Assembly: GCA_001772865.1 (NCBI GenBank)
Contig: MEVD01000003.1
Span: forward strand, 62,812 to 126,811
DNA: 64,000 nucleotides
Reading direction: 5' to 3'
Source: a candidate division WWE3 bacterium RIFCSPHIGHO2_02_FULL_38_14
Lineage (GTDB): Bacteria > Patescibacteriota > WWE3 > UBA101185 > UBA10185
Positions 32,534-42,969 of the stretch are shown here, in pieces; position 1 is the first letter of the stretch; the number at the start of each line of letters is the position of its first letter. The notes below the pieces were generated by a model. It was given only the letters and a program-made list of their open reading frames with translations, was not told the origin of the DNA and searched no databases. The position numbers and the translations under genes are program-made.

Positions 32534-33044
32534 GAGTGCATTGGATAAGGATTCAGATAATTTTCTAAATGTTTTAAAACTGATTTCTGACAGGATGAAT
32601 GGATTAATGTATGCTTTCAGAGGAACTGCCGGACTGGTTATACAGGGGTTGGAAATGAAAATGGAAGATATTGATATTGTATGCAGCAAAGATACAGCAG
32701 TTGCGTCAAATACTTTGTTTAAGGATTTTCTAAAAGAGAAAGTTGAGTATAAAATATCGGATAAATTTAAATCGTATTTTGGTAAATTTAATATAAAAGG
32801 AGTTTTGGTGGAAATTTACGGAGACTGGCAGATACTTGATGCCAAAGGGGTTTGGAGTAAAATCTTTGATGGAAGCGACCGAATTAAAGTAAAATTTAGA
32901 GGTGAGGATTTTTATGTAGTTCCAGCTGATACTGAATTGTTAATGTTTGCATTAATGGGAAGGTGGAGTGCGTTTCATAAAATAAAGAAGCAAGCTTCTT
33001 CTTTTCTCGCAGGAGAGAACTCCCGCTCCAAAATAAAAATATGA
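32526..33044 (+). CDS. hypothetical protein with minimal nucleotidyltransferase-fold motif
   Basis: 172 aa. GTAGLVIQGLEMKMEDIDIV fits the Pol-beta-like hG[GS]...[DE]h[DE]h motif. Translationally coupled (overlapping) with both neighbours. Confidence 0.35.
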   Translation: MSKSALDKDSDNFLNVLKLISDRMNGLMYAFRGTAGLVIQGLEMKMEDIDIVCSKDTAVASNTLFKDFLKEKVEYKISDKFKSYFGKFNIKGVLVEIYGDWQILDAKGVWSKIFDGSDRIKVKFRGEDFYVVPADTELLMFALMGRWSAFHKIKKQASSFLAGENSRSKIKI

Positions 33045-33733
33045 AGTTATCCGTAGTTATACCAGTTTATAATGAAAAAAACACAATACAAGAGATTGTG
33101 AAAATGGTTAAAAATGTTGAAATACCCGATGTAGAAAAAGAATTAATTCTCGTTGAAGACGGTTCTAAGGACGGTACTCTGGATATATTGAAAAAAATGA
33201 AAGAAGAGCAAAAAGATTTGAATGTTTATTTTCATAAGGTAAACAGCGGAAAAGGCGCATCGCTTCGTGACGGATTTAAGCTTTCCACTGGAGATTATGT
33301 AATTGTCCAGGATGCTGATTTAGAATACGATCCCCAAGATTATAAAAAGTTAATTAATGCTTTGAAAGATTATAATGCCAAAGTGGTTTATGGCTCCAGA
33401 TTTGCAGGAGATTATAAAGATATGACGAGCCTTCATTATATAGGTAACAAAGTTCTTACTTTACTTACAAATATTCTTTTCGGGGTTAAATTAAATGATA
33501 TGGAGACTTGTTATAAACTTATACCTGGAGATTTTATTAGAAAAATGAATATTAGGTCGAACCGTTTTAATTTCGAGCCCGAAATAACAGCTAAAATTCT
33601 TAAGTCAGGGATGAAAATAGTGGAAGTCCCGATTTCATATAAAGGACGTACATGGAGCGAAGGAAAAAAAATTACCTGGAAAGATGGGATTTCCGCGTTG
33701 CTGACTCTAATTAAATTCAGATTTTTAGATTGA
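33041..33733 (+). CDS. family 2 glycosyltransferase (polyprenyl-phosphate sugar synthase-like)
   Basis: 230 aa. SVVIPVYNE, LVEDGSKDGT, VQDADLEYDP. Confidence 0.8.
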   Translation: MKLSVVIPVYNEKNTIQEIVKMVKNVEIPDVEKELILVEDGSKDGTLDILKKMKEEQKDLNVYFHKVNSGKGASLRDGFKLSTGDYVIVQDADLEYDPQDYKKLINALKDYNAKVVYGSRFAGDYKDMTSLHYIGNKVLTLLTNILFGVKLNDMETCYKLIPGDFIRKMNIRSNRFNFEPEITAKILKSGMKIVEVPISYKGRTWSEGKKITWKDGISALLTLIKFRFLD

Positions 33734-33734
33734 T

Positions 33735-35897
33735 ATGCTTAAGAAAATTTTCGATAATTTTTTACTGATAATTATAATATTTTTTTCTATTGGAGTATTT
33801 CTCGTTAATTTGCGAATGAATATTTTCAGATACGAAAACTTTGACTTCGGTAAGTTTGATTTGGGGAATATGACACAAATGGTATGGAATACCTTAAACG
33901 GACGATTTATGTATTTAACCGATTATTTCGGTACAAACCTCCCAAGGTGGTCCATGAGCCACGTAGATCCTATTTTGGTTCTATTTGTTCCTACCTTTGC
34001 TTTATGGCAGCATTCTTTAAACTTAGTAATTTCTCAGCTGATCCTGGTTATTTTTAGTTCAGTTTTAATATTTAAAATTACCGAACACAAACTCAGATCA
34101 AAATTGGCTGCTTTCTTTTTTGGCCTTTCTTATCTATTTTATCCTGCTGTTGGCTATTTAACGGCCTGGACGGGTTTTCACGGCGTTACAGTTGCAATTC
34201 CGTTTTTCCTTGGAGCTGTATATGTTTTTGAAAGGATGTATAAGTCAAATAATTACCCGCGAAGAAATCTCGTTTTATTCTGGGTGCTATTAGTAGTTAC
34301 AATGATGGGAAAGGAACAGCTACCGTTATATGTGGCGCTGTATGGTATTTTTATAGTTTTATGCCGGTCGGGAATCTGGGACTTTTTAAAAGAAAAATCA
34401 AAACTAACCGAATTGAGTGCCATTGAGGTTTTAAAGATCCTGCTTTTATCTAAAAACGTAAAGCTGGGTTTAGGTGTTTTTAGCGCTGGTGTTCTGTGGT
34501 TTATAACCGCATTTTTTGTAATAATCCCTCTATTTGCCAAATACAGAATTGAAGGATTCGATAAATTTTCCAAGTCATTAGGTCTTGATACTGATATTGT
34601 TCGGGATGTTGCCAGACCAAACTATTTTATCAGCAGATACGAAGAATTTGGCGAATCTTATACTGAAGTATTTTTTAATTTGTTCATGGACCCCCAAAAA
34701 CTAGTGAGAGTAATATTTGGGGGTGATAGGGTAGATAATTTTAGGAAGACATTTGAGCCGCTGGGGTATCTGCCGTTTGCAAACCCTCTGTTTACTATGC
34801 TTGCTGTCCCTGATTTATTGATTAACTACTCTACTACGGCAGGAGGAATCGGAACTTCGGAAATTACCAATCACAGAATTTCCATGATAATACCGGTTCT
34901 CTTTATTTCAACTATTTATGCTGTCGGTTTTATTTCAAACTATTTGTCAGTACTTTTAGTTAAAATTAAAGTTACTCGTTCCTATTTAGTATTAGTTTTA
35001 AGTCTTTTTATTCTCTCTTTAAATGTTTGGAAGACATTTGAATATAATAACCCGGTTTATTTATGGATTACTCAAGCCGTCCAAAAAAGAATCAGTTCTG
35101 TAGCTTATGCAAAGGAAGATATGGAAACCGCTAGGAGTGATAAAGTAAAAGTCGGAGATGTTTTAAGACTCTCCAAGCTGGAAAATAAAGACAGAGAATG
35201 CGCGAATAAAATAATAAAAATGATTCCCGGAGATTCTTCTATTTCGGGGCCCGACTATTTAGGAGCCCATTTAGCCAAAAGAGAAACATACGCTATATTT
35301 CCGGCTTTATACAATGAAGCAGATTATGTAATAGTGGACGTCTTCTCTAAAAAAATATTGAATATCTTAGACGTTGATTTATCTCTGGTAAAAGATGTAA
35401 TAGAAGAACTAATCAAAAGCCCGAATTATAGATTGATGACCGGTTGCGGTAATTTATTTGTATTCAAAAACGTCGGAAATTACGGAAAAGAACAGCTGCT
35501 GCCCTTGCAGGAGAAATTCATTTATCCGGAAAAGTTCAATTACGAAATATTTTTGTCTTTACATATGGTTGACTATGACTATCCTTTGATATTAAAGCGC
35601 GGGGAAAGCGGTGATGCTAAGTTTGTTTATATAAAAAGAGAGGACTCTTCCATTGATGACTATGTGTTATTTTTAACTCTTATCAACGAAAACACAGGTG
35701 AAATATACCAAGTCGCCAACCTTCCGTCATTTGCTATAAAACAGCTTCGGGACTGGAAAGAGGATATTTATTATGAAGAAACTATTGATATAACCCTTCC
35801 CGGATATTTGGATCCGGGCTCCTATAAAGTATTCGTGGGAATGTCGAATATTATAAGGACTAGGAGTATTTATTTGGGGGATATTGAAGTATTATGA
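33735..35897 (+). CDS. large integral membrane protein (DUF2079-like N-terminus; possible GT-C) with C-terminal soluble domain
   Basis: 720 aa. N-terminal FDFGKFDLGNMTQMVW...SMSHVDPIL motif block; at least 10 TM helices; soluble C-terminal third. Confidence 0.45.
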   Translation: MLKKIFDNFLLIIIIFFSIGVFLVNLRMNIFRYENFDFGKFDLGNMTQMVWNTLNGRFMYLTDYFGTNLPRWSMSHVDPILVLFVPTFALWQHSLNLVISQLILVIFSSVLIFKITEHKLRSKLAAFFFGLSYLFYPAVGYLTAWTGFHGVTVAIPFFLGAVYVFERMYKSNNYPRRNLVLFWVLLVVTMMGKEQLPLYVALYGIFIVLCRSGIWDFLKEKSKLTELSAIEVLKILLLSKNVKLGLGVFSAGVLWFITAFFVIIPLFAKYRIEGFDKFSKSLGLDTDIVRDVARPNYFISRYEEFGESYTEVFFNLFMDPQKLVRVIFGGDRVDNFRKTFEPLGYLPFANPLFTMLAVPDLLINYSTTAGGIGTSEITNHRISMIIPVLFISTIYAVGFISNYLSVLLVKIKVTRSYLVLVLSLFILSLNVWKTFEYNNPVYLWITQAVQKRISSVAYAKEDMETARSDKVKVGDVLRLSKLENKDRECANKIIKMIPGDSSISGPDYLGAHLAKRETYAIFPALYNEADYVIVDVFSKKILNILDVDLSLVKDVIEELIKSPNYRLMTGCGNLFVFKNVGNYGKEQLLPLQEKFIYPEKFNYEIFLSLHMVDYDYPLILKRGESGDAKFVYIKREDSSIDDYVLFLTLINENTGEIYQVANLPSFAIKQLRDWKEDIYYEETIDITLPGYLDPGSYKVFVGMSNIIRTRSIYLGDIEVL

Positions 35898-37387
35898 AAG
35901 AACTTACCAAATGGCAGATCATAAGTTTTTTTTCCCGCGGCGCAGCTATGGCGTTGGGCATTTTTCAGAGCTTTTTCATTGTCCGGTTGCTGACTGTCGG
36001 TGAGTATGGGGTTGTTCAACTGGCGGCTTCTATCGGCGGGGCTTTCGGTATTTATCAGCACTTAGGACTTGCTTCGGGGAGTACCAGAGAAATATCGGCG
36101 GCAAAAGACGACACCGAAATTTTTAAAATTTTTATTACTGCCTTAGTTATTAGGTATGTAGTTACCATTCCGCTGGTACTGTTTCTTTTCTTCTCAGCCA
36201 ATAGCTTAGCGGTTGACACATATAATGATGAGTCATTGATACTCCCGATTAAGATCTATGCTCTGGTATTATTATTTCAAGGTGTACAGAGCATTCTTAA
36301 TTCGGTAATATCCGGAACAAAAAGATTTAAGCATTTATTTCTGTTTCAGTCGGGAATAGCAGTTGTCAGTGTTCTGATTTTTATTCCTCTGGTATATTAT
36401 TATAGTGTTAATGGGTATTTTTACGCTCTGGCTTTTTTTAATTTGATTTCTTCTACAATACTCTCATATTTGGCGTTTAAACCTTTAAGAGGAAAATTGG
36501 TTTTTCCGAGTAAAAGCGATTTCAAGGCATTGTTAAAAGAATTGCTTTCTATCAGCCTGGCGATATATTTTGTAAAGATTCTTTATACGTGGTGGGAAAA
36601 GTCGGGACCTCTGCTTTTAGGTTTGGAAGTATCTAAAGAAACTGTAGGTATTTTTGCATTTGGATTGCTTTATGCAAAAAAACTCATGAATATTTCCGAC
36701 GCAGTGACTGATGTTAATCTTCCAGTTCTGTCGGAAAAATTTGTGAAGGATACAGCAGCGTTTAAAGAAATTTTCAGTAGTAATTTTAATAAAATATATA
36801 TTCTGATCATTTTTGTAGCCGCAAGTGCTGTTTACTGGAGCAAGGATGTAATAACTCTTTTAGTTGGAGGGAATAAATATGATGAATCTTTTCCTTATGT
36901 TCTGCCGTTGGTTTTCGCTTTTGTATTTTATTCATTTATAAATATTATTAAGTCGTCTGTCATAGTTCCGGCTAAGCTGGTAAAAGAACTTATTGCGAGC
37001 TTTGTGGTGCTTTTAGTTGGTACGGTTTTGTTTTTTATTTTGACTAATGAGAACCTTGGTAGTCTTTCTTCTATGTCTTATGCAATGTTAATTGGAGCAG
37101 CTCTAAGTACCGGATTTATGGTTATTATTTCACAGTTCAAATTAAAATTTAAATTTATTACACACGACCATTTTCTATTGATGATTCAGGGATTTACAAT
37201 CGCCTGGGTAGGTGCAGGATATGTTTTATTAAGTGGCCAACCTGCCAGTTTGATTTTAAAAGCCGTCTTATACGTTATATTTATGCTACTATTGTTTTTT
37301 GGCGCGCGAATATCCAATTTTATTTCCAAAGAAGATTTGGAATTTGCTGTTAACATATTTAATAAAATAAACGAAAAAATTAAATAA
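35894..37387 (+). CDS. MOP-superfamily polysaccharide/oligosaccharide flippase (Wzx-like)
   Basis: 497 aa, about 12-14 TM. Polysaccharide-biosynthesis-protein-like topology. Confidence 0.65.
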   Translation: MKELTKWQIISFFSRGAAMALGIFQSFFIVRLLTVGEYGVVQLAASIGGAFGIYQHLGLASGSTREISAAKDDTEIFKIFITALVIRYVVTIPLVLFLFFSANSLAVDTYNDESLILPIKIYALVLLFQGVQSILNSVISGTKRFKHLFLFQSGIAVVSVLIFIPLVYYYSVNGYFYALAFFNLISSTILSYLAFKPLRGKLVFPSKSDFKALLKELLSISLAIYFVKILYTWWEKSGPLLLGLEVSKETVGIFAFGLLYAKKLMNISDAVTDVNLPVLSEKFVKDTAAFKEIFSSNFNKIYILIIFVAASAVYWSKDVITLLVGGNKYDESFPYVLPLVFAFVFYSFINIIKSSVIVPAKLVKELIASFVVLLVGTVLFFILTNENLGSLSSMSYAMLIGAALSTGFMVIISQFKLKFKFITHDHFLLMIQGFTIAWVGAGYVLLSGQPASLILKAVLYVIFMLLLFFGARISNFISKEDLEFAVNIFNKINEKIK

Positions 37388-37388
37388 T

Positions 37389-38180
37389 ATGACTTCAAAA
37401 AATGCCTTCGATATAATGAAAGATCAAATAAGGGATAAATATGAAGGAGATCCAGAGTGGAAAGCCGAGTCGGATCGACTTTTTGGTCCTGAGGAAGCTT
37501 CTGCGCTGTGGCATGAATTGGAAAAATCTCATATAATTCCGGAGCCGGAAGCTGATGTAAATATTGTGAGTGTTTCCGCGAACATACCCACTCATGAGTT
37601 AGCGATGTTTAAGGCTGATTTGTTAACCAGAAAGGGTAAAAGCAGATTCGTTATTGGAGATATTTCTGAATTAAGAGTTAAGACATTTATAGATGAATTG
37701 GTTGAACCATATACAACATTCAGAAATAGATTTGCGTATATAAGGTGGGATGCATATAATTTACCGGTTCCGGATAGTTCTGCTGATGTTATATTTGATA
37801 GGAAAGGAGCTCTTTGGCATATTGCTCATAATTATAGGGATACCCAAAAACTTATTGAAACCTTTAAGGAATATCATAGAATACTTAAACCGGGTGGTAG
37901 TTTAGTTGTAGATAATATTGGCGGTTTTGAGGCATATTTAAAAGGGCTTTCACGAGAGCGTCAATTAGAAATAGCTTTAAAGACTTTATCAGGAATACGT
38001 TTTTCAGATATCTATCCTGATGCTCCTATGCAGTACGAGCCTTCAACAATAGATAAAATTAGAACACTAGCCCTTGCTGTGTCAGATAATACGGAATTAA
38101 TAATAACTATTGAAGATCTTTTCGAAATTCAAGACATTGGTGAAGGAGCGTTATCAGTAAAAATATTTACTAAAAAGTAA
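37389..38180 (+). CDS. hypothetical cytoplasmic protein (possible SAM-MTase-like fold)
   Basis: 263 aa, soluble. VIGDISEL...ILKPGGSLVVDN is weakly methyltransferase-like. Confidence 0.3.
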   Translation: MTSKNAFDIMKDQIRDKYEGDPEWKAESDRLFGPEEASALWHELEKSHIIPEPEADVNIVSVSANIPTHELAMFKADLLTRKGKSRFVIGDISELRVKTFIDELVEPYTTFRNRFAYIRWDAYNLPVPDSSADVIFDRKGALWHIAHNYRDTQKLIETFKEYHRILKPGGSLVVDNIGGFEAYLKGLSRERQLEIALKTLSGIRFSDIYPDAPMQYEPSTIDKIRTLALAVSDNTELIITIEDLFEIQDIGEGALSVKIFTKK

Positions 38181-38274
38181 GTATATTCTGGAAAGTAATG
38201 ACCAAAGAAATTAAATGGTTAATATAATGATACAAATATTTGAAAAAAACTGTGCAATCATTTAAGCTATTTTT

Positions 38275-39879
38275 ATGCATATTTTAAGTAAAAAATGGCT
38301 TTTATTAGGTTTGTTTGTCATTTTATTTTTTGTTACAAGAATTCCAAGGCTGAATAACGACACAATCAACCCCGACGGAGTTAATTGGCATTTCAGGACG
38401 GAGCAGTTTATTGTCGGTTTAAAATTCCGCCAGTTCGAAAGAACATATCAGCATTATCATCCTGGTGTAACTTTAATGTGGATTTCCGGAGTTCCTATAG
38501 AATTTTATAAGCAACTGAATCCGGCAGAGGTGGTTTACAGCCAGTTTAATTTTTCTACTTATGATTATATTGCAAAGCTTTCTCTGGTTTTAGTGCAGTT
38601 TTTTTTGTCACTAGTAACTATATATCTTCTGAACAGAGTTTTATCAGTTTTATATTCAAAGCATTCCTTATTGTTATCAATTGTCAGCGTTGTATTGTTT
38701 TCCATAGAACCATTTTTTATTGGGAATTCGCGTTTATATCATCTTGATATACTTCTGGCTTTGTTTTTATTCGACGGTCTTTTGTTTACTATTTTACATT
38801 TAAGGGAATTTAAATGGATATATGCAGTATTGTCCGGACTGTTTTTATCCTTGGCTTTTTTGACTAAAACACTAGGTTTAGGTGGGATTTTGTTTTATAT
38901 AATTTTTGGCGGATTATTTGCATTTAAGACTTATGGGAAACGGGAAGCGTTAAAGTATTTGTTTTCGGTGCTGGCTCCTTTCTTGATTTTTACTTTTTTG
39001 CTGTTTCCGGCGCTTTGGGTTAAACCTTTGGAAGTGATAATGGAATTGTATAAAGAAGGGGAAAGAGTAGGTGTGAGAAAAGGTCACGGCCAAATTATTT
39101 TAGGCGAATATACCCGTGACGGAGGTCTGTTTTTTTATCCGCTGGTTTTGTTAATGAAAGTTACACCATTTTTGCTGGCGGGAGTTTTTATTTTTACAGG
39201 TTTAGTGGCGCGTAATAATTTAATCAAAAAAAACAATACTATATTGAATTTAATTAAATCCGTTTTTAAAAGTACAAATCTTTCAAATCCTGTAATATAT
39301 TTATCCGTTTTGTATCTGGGATATATACTTGTCATGACGTATCCCACCAAAAAATTAGACAGATATATGATTCCGGTTTTTCCGTATTTGTCACTTATTT
39401 CTGTTTTAGGATTTTATTCTGTCAGAAATTACCTGAATAAATACACTTTGATTACCTTACTGGCTGTATCGGCTATTGTTTTTTATACTATTCCTCTAGC
39501 CAATCTCTACCCGTACTATTTTTTGTATACGAGTCCGGTGTTCGGCTCTTCTCAAAATGCCAATTCAATTCTTGCACAAAAGCCGTTCGGAATAGGCATT
39601 TATGATTTGAAAGATTTTATTAGGGATAATTATGCCGCCGTTTACGGTGACGAACCGAAGCTGGGTTTTATTGATATAAAGCCGATGAAATCTATTTATT
39701 CCAACTCGAAGATATTTGATATCCGCGAAATTAGTTCGTCTAAAATTGATCTTCTGATTTTGGGAGTTAACGAAGAATTTCCCGAAAAAGTGCTGGACAG
39801 CGACATTAAATGGGTAAAAGATAAAGTGTTATTTATAAACGGGCTGGAGTATTGGAGAGTTTATGTTAAAGAAAATTAA
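38275..39879 (+). CDS. GT-C membrane glycosyltransferase (ArnT/PMT-like), paralog A
   Basis: 534 aa. YHPGVTLMWI and PTKKLDRYMIP blocks are shared with the 41341 gene. Confidence 0.65.
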   Translation: MHILSKKWLLLGLFVILFFVTRIPRLNNDTINPDGVNWHFRTEQFIVGLKFRQFERTYQHYHPGVTLMWISGVPIEFYKQLNPAEVVYSQFNFSTYDYIAKLSLVLVQFFLSLVTIYLLNRVLSVLYSKHSLLLSIVSVVLFSIEPFFIGNSRLYHLDILLALFLFDGLLFTILHLREFKWIYAVLSGLFLSLAFLTKTLGLGGILFYIIFGGLFAFKTYGKREALKYLFSVLAPFLIFTFLLFPALWVKPLEVIMELYKEGERVGVRKGHGQIILGEYTRDGGLFFYPLVLLMKVTPFLLAGVFIFTGLVARNNLIKKNNTILNLIKSVFKSTNLSNPVIYLSVLYLGYILVMTYPTKKLDRYMIPVFPYLSLISVLGFYSVRNYLNKYTLITLLAVSAIVFYTIPLANLYPYYFLYTSPVFGSSQNANSILAQKPFGIGIYDLKDFIRDNYAAVYGDEPKLGFIDIKPMKSIYSNSKIFDIREISSSKIDLLILGVNEEFPEKVLDSDIKWVKDKVLFINGLEYWRVYVKEN

Positions 39880-41344
39880 TTTGATTCTGTTCGGGATTGT
39901 TGTATTGGCGTTATTGTTACGGATTGTAGGAATCACACACAGTTTTCCGTTTATTTTTCATCCTGACGAGCCTACTGTTGTTAGATCCGCTTTGGGAATA
40001 AGGTTCGATCCAAATCCGGGGCATTTTGACTGGCCTCATCTTTTTATATATCAAAATTATTTCCTTTTTATGTTTTTTTCAAAAATAAGAGATATTTTAG
40101 CTGCTGTCGGGCTAAAAAGTGTTGTTTCTTCCCTGTCGCCTATTATTTGGGATGATTATCTGATATTTTATTTACTGACTCGTCTTTTTGCCGCACTTCT
40201 CGGAGCTTTTACTGTAATTCCGGTATTTTATGCTGCCAAAAACCTTTTCGGCATAAAGGCGGGGTATTTTTCGGCTCTAGCGATGTCTATAATGCCTTTT
40301 CATGTCTGGCATTCCCATTATTCTCTTGTAGATGTCCCCATGGCTTTTTGGGTGGCATCAGCAATGTATTTCTGCACAAGGATACTTAAGGAAGAATCCC
40401 TGAAAAATTACCTGCTTGCCGGAGTATTAATAGGATTTGCGGCTTCAACAAAATATAATGGTGGATTGGCAGTATTAATGATATCTTTGGCCCATTTTTA
40501 CCGGGTTAAAAAGATTGATAAGAGTTTATTGTTGGTGGTATATTCAGGGTTGGTAGCAATTGTCGGATTTATATTGGGTACTCCGTACTCATTGCTGGAT
40601 TTTGATACATTTATAAGAACCGACAGTCCGCGGGGGGCGCTATGGCAGTTTACCAATGTCGGAAGTCTTCCTTTAGGAGATCATATATTTTCGTTTGTCA
40701 GATCCCTATTTTCGACTTTATTTGAAGATATGGGATATACTTTTACCGCTGTCTTTATAGGATTTTTTATTTATCTTTTAGCTGATAAGTTTATTCTGAA
40801 AAAATATAAACCGGCGAATTATATTTTGTTTTTTTATGTCGTAGCATTATTTTTAATTTATTATATTTCAGGATTTGAAAAAGCCAGGTCGCACTATTTT
40901 TTGTTTATCGTTCCTTTTATTACGGTAATATTAGGGTATTTCTCAAAATTTCTTTATGAGATAGTTGTGAACAAAAAACTGGTAAATTTAATTCTGGTGA
41001 TAGTTTTTTTCCTCCCGATGTTATTTTCGCTTAAAAACACAATTACATTTTATCGAAAGGATACCAGAGTAATTGCGTATGAGTGGCTTAAAAATAGTAT
41101 TAAAGATAATAACTATCTCTTATATGATTCGTCTCAATTTGAACCGGTTTTAAATAAATTTAAAAATACCCAGAAGGAAAAGGGATACCAGAAAGCTAAT
41201 GAAATAAAAAATTTAAACGGCTCGGGATATATTATATATAATTATGAAAATGGTGAGTCTTTAATTGAAGGGGCGTATACAGAGGTTTTTAGAATTGGAA
41301 ATTATTTAAGAAACGGTCCGAATATAATTATCTACGAAATATGA
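39863..41344 (+). CDS. GT-C membrane glycosyltransferase, family 39/83 (ArnT/PMT-like)
   Basis: 493 aa. N-terminal HPDEP...RFDP loop motif after TM1; multiple TMs; C-terminal soluble domain. Confidence 0.7.
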   Translation: MLKKINLILFGIVVLALLLRIVGITHSFPFIFHPDEPTVVRSALGIRFDPNPGHFDWPHLFIYQNYFLFMFFSKIRDILAAVGLKSVVSSLSPIIWDDYLIFYLLTRLFAALLGAFTVIPVFYAAKNLFGIKAGYFSALAMSIMPFHVWHSHYSLVDVPMAFWVASAMYFCTRILKEESLKNYLLAGVLIGFAASTKYNGGLAVLMISLAHFYRVKKIDKSLLLVVYSGLVAIVGFILGTPYSLLDFDTFIRTDSPRGALWQFTNVGSLPLGDHIFSFVRSLFSTLFEDMGYTFTAVFIGFFIYLLADKFILKKYKPANYILFFYVVALFLIYYISGFEKARSHYFLFIVPFITVILGYFSKFLYEIVVNKKLVNLILVIVFFLPMLFSLKNTITFYRKDTRVIAYEWLKNSIKDNNYLLYDSSQFEPVLNKFKNTQKEKGYQKANEIKNLNGSGYIIYNYENGESLIEGAYTEVFRIGNYLRNGPNIIIYEI

Positions 41345-42969
41345 TAACTGTTAAACTGAAATTACTTAAATGGGAACTTGCCGCTGTATTTTTTATTTTT
41401 CTTTTTTCCAGGATGCCATATTTGGGGTTTGATACGTTTAATACTGATGTCTGGAAGTGGAAGTCCAGGATTTATGATTTCGGAACCGGAGTATTTACTT
41501 TAAATTTTGAAAAAACTATTCAAAAATACCACCCTGGAGTTACTTTAATGTGGATCGGATCAGGCGCGGTGAAAGTATACAATTTTTATTACGAAACAGT
41601 TAGAAAGGTTTTGCCTCCCGACAATGATGTCCAGACAATTTTTGAATTGAATTTTGTCCAGAAGCTTTTTATTGTTATTTTTTTGGGAGTAATTTTAACT
41701 TCGATTTATTATGTTCTGGGGAATATGTTTGGAAGGCGGTATGCGGTAATTGTATTTGCGCTGATTGTGTTTGACCCCTTTTACACGGCATTATCAAGGG
41801 AAATTCATTTAGAAGGACTGCTTTCAACATTAATGCTGGGGTCGTTTTTGTGGTTTTATTATTATCTTGAAAATACCAAAGATTCTTCAAGATTTGTAAT
41901 ATCGGGAGTTTTAGGAGCTTTAGCAGTTTTAACCAAAACAACAGCCGCATTTATTGTTCCGTTTTCCTTTATATTGGCTTTTGTATTTTATTACTTACAT
42001 AATAAAAGACTTCAGGATTCACTTAAACTGGCTTTGACGCCTTTTTACAAGTGGCTGATGGTTTTTACTACCTGCTTTATTTTGTTTTGGCCGGCAATGT
42101 GGGTAATGCCTGAACAGGCACTGCAGTCACTGGTTAAAGGAGTTTTTGACGTTGGAATAGAAGAAGGACACGAGCAGCTGTATTTTGGCCGCTTGGTTGA
42201 GGATCCAGGACCAGTTTATTATTTAGTAGTTTTTGCTTTTCGAAGCTCTATTTTGCTGGTAATAGGTGTTTTTGGATTTTTAATATTTTCCAGAAAATCT
42301 TACAACTCCGAAACTAAAAAGTTTATATTTATTTCGCTGTTGTATTCAATTTTATATTTGGTTGAAATTACCCTGCCTTCTAAAAAACTGGACCGGTATA
42401 TACTTCCGGGTATGCTTGGTTTAATGCTGACCGCCGGGTTTTTTTATGACTGGCTGTTGGGAAAGTTAAAAAGTTTTCACAACTTTGCATTTTTATGGAT
42501 ATTTCTGCCTTCATTTATTTTATTCGTCCAATTGGTCCCGGACTATTTTTCGTATTATAATCCTATGCTGGGAGGGTTACCTAAAGGAATTTTCGTTTTA
42601 GAACCGAAATGGATGATCGGGCAAAAGCAGATTCAAAATTATTTCTCCGCCCTCAAAGAAAAAGAAAAGCTTATAAATTTCGGAAATAATGAATCTTTGG
42701 ATTCAGCTATTATGAAACCGGATATTAATACAAGATTGACGGTTGGATTTCAGGAAAAATATTATACACAAATACATCCGTTTATAAATGTAATAGGAGG
42801 TAGGGCGGTAATACAGGACCTGACTCCCCACGCAGTTCGGACAAAATATTTTGTATATCCGGTTTGGGATGATAAATCTAAAGAAGAAAACAGATTTAAA
42901 TTAAAATATCTGGATTCGATTTTTTTAAGAAATGTTGAAATTTACAGAGTTTATGCCAGAACCAATTAA
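41341..42969 (+). CDS. GT-C membrane glycosyltransferase (ArnT/PMT-like), paralog B
   Basis: 542 aa. Shares YHPGVTLMWI and PSKKLDRYILP with the 38275 gene. Confidence 0.65.
   Translation: MITVKLKLLKWELAAVFFIFLFSRMPYLGFDTFNTDVWKWKSRIYDFGTGVFTLNFEKTIQKYHPGVTLMWIGSGAVKVYNFYYETVRKVLPPDNDVQTIFELNFVQKLFIVIFLGVILTSIYYVLGNMFGRRYAVIVFALIVFDPFYTALSREIHLEGLLSTLMLGSFLWFYYYLENTKDSSRFVISGVLGALAVLTKTTAAFIVPFSFILAFVFYYLHNKRLQDSLKLALTPFYKWLMVFTTCFILFWPAMWVMPEQALQSLVKGVFDVGIEEGHEQLYFGRLVEDPGPVYYLVVFAFRSSILLVIGVFGFLIFSRKSYNSETKKFIFISLLYSILYLVEITLPSKKLDRYILPGMLGLMLTAGFFYDWLLGKLKSFHNFAFLWIFLPSFILFVQLVPDYFSYYNPMLGGLPKGIFVLEPKWMIGQKQIQNYFSALKEKEKLINFGNNESLDSAIMKPDINTRLTVGFQEKYYTQIHPFINVIGGRAVIQDLTPHAVRTKYFVYPVWDDKSKEENRFKLKYLDSIFLRNVEIYRVYARTN

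Noticed and set aside
32526-33044. Toxin-antitoxin (MNT/HEPN) interpretation of the NTase-fold protein
   Set aside because: No HEPN-like partner adjacent. The protein is longer than MNT antitoxins and is coupled to glycosyltransferases.
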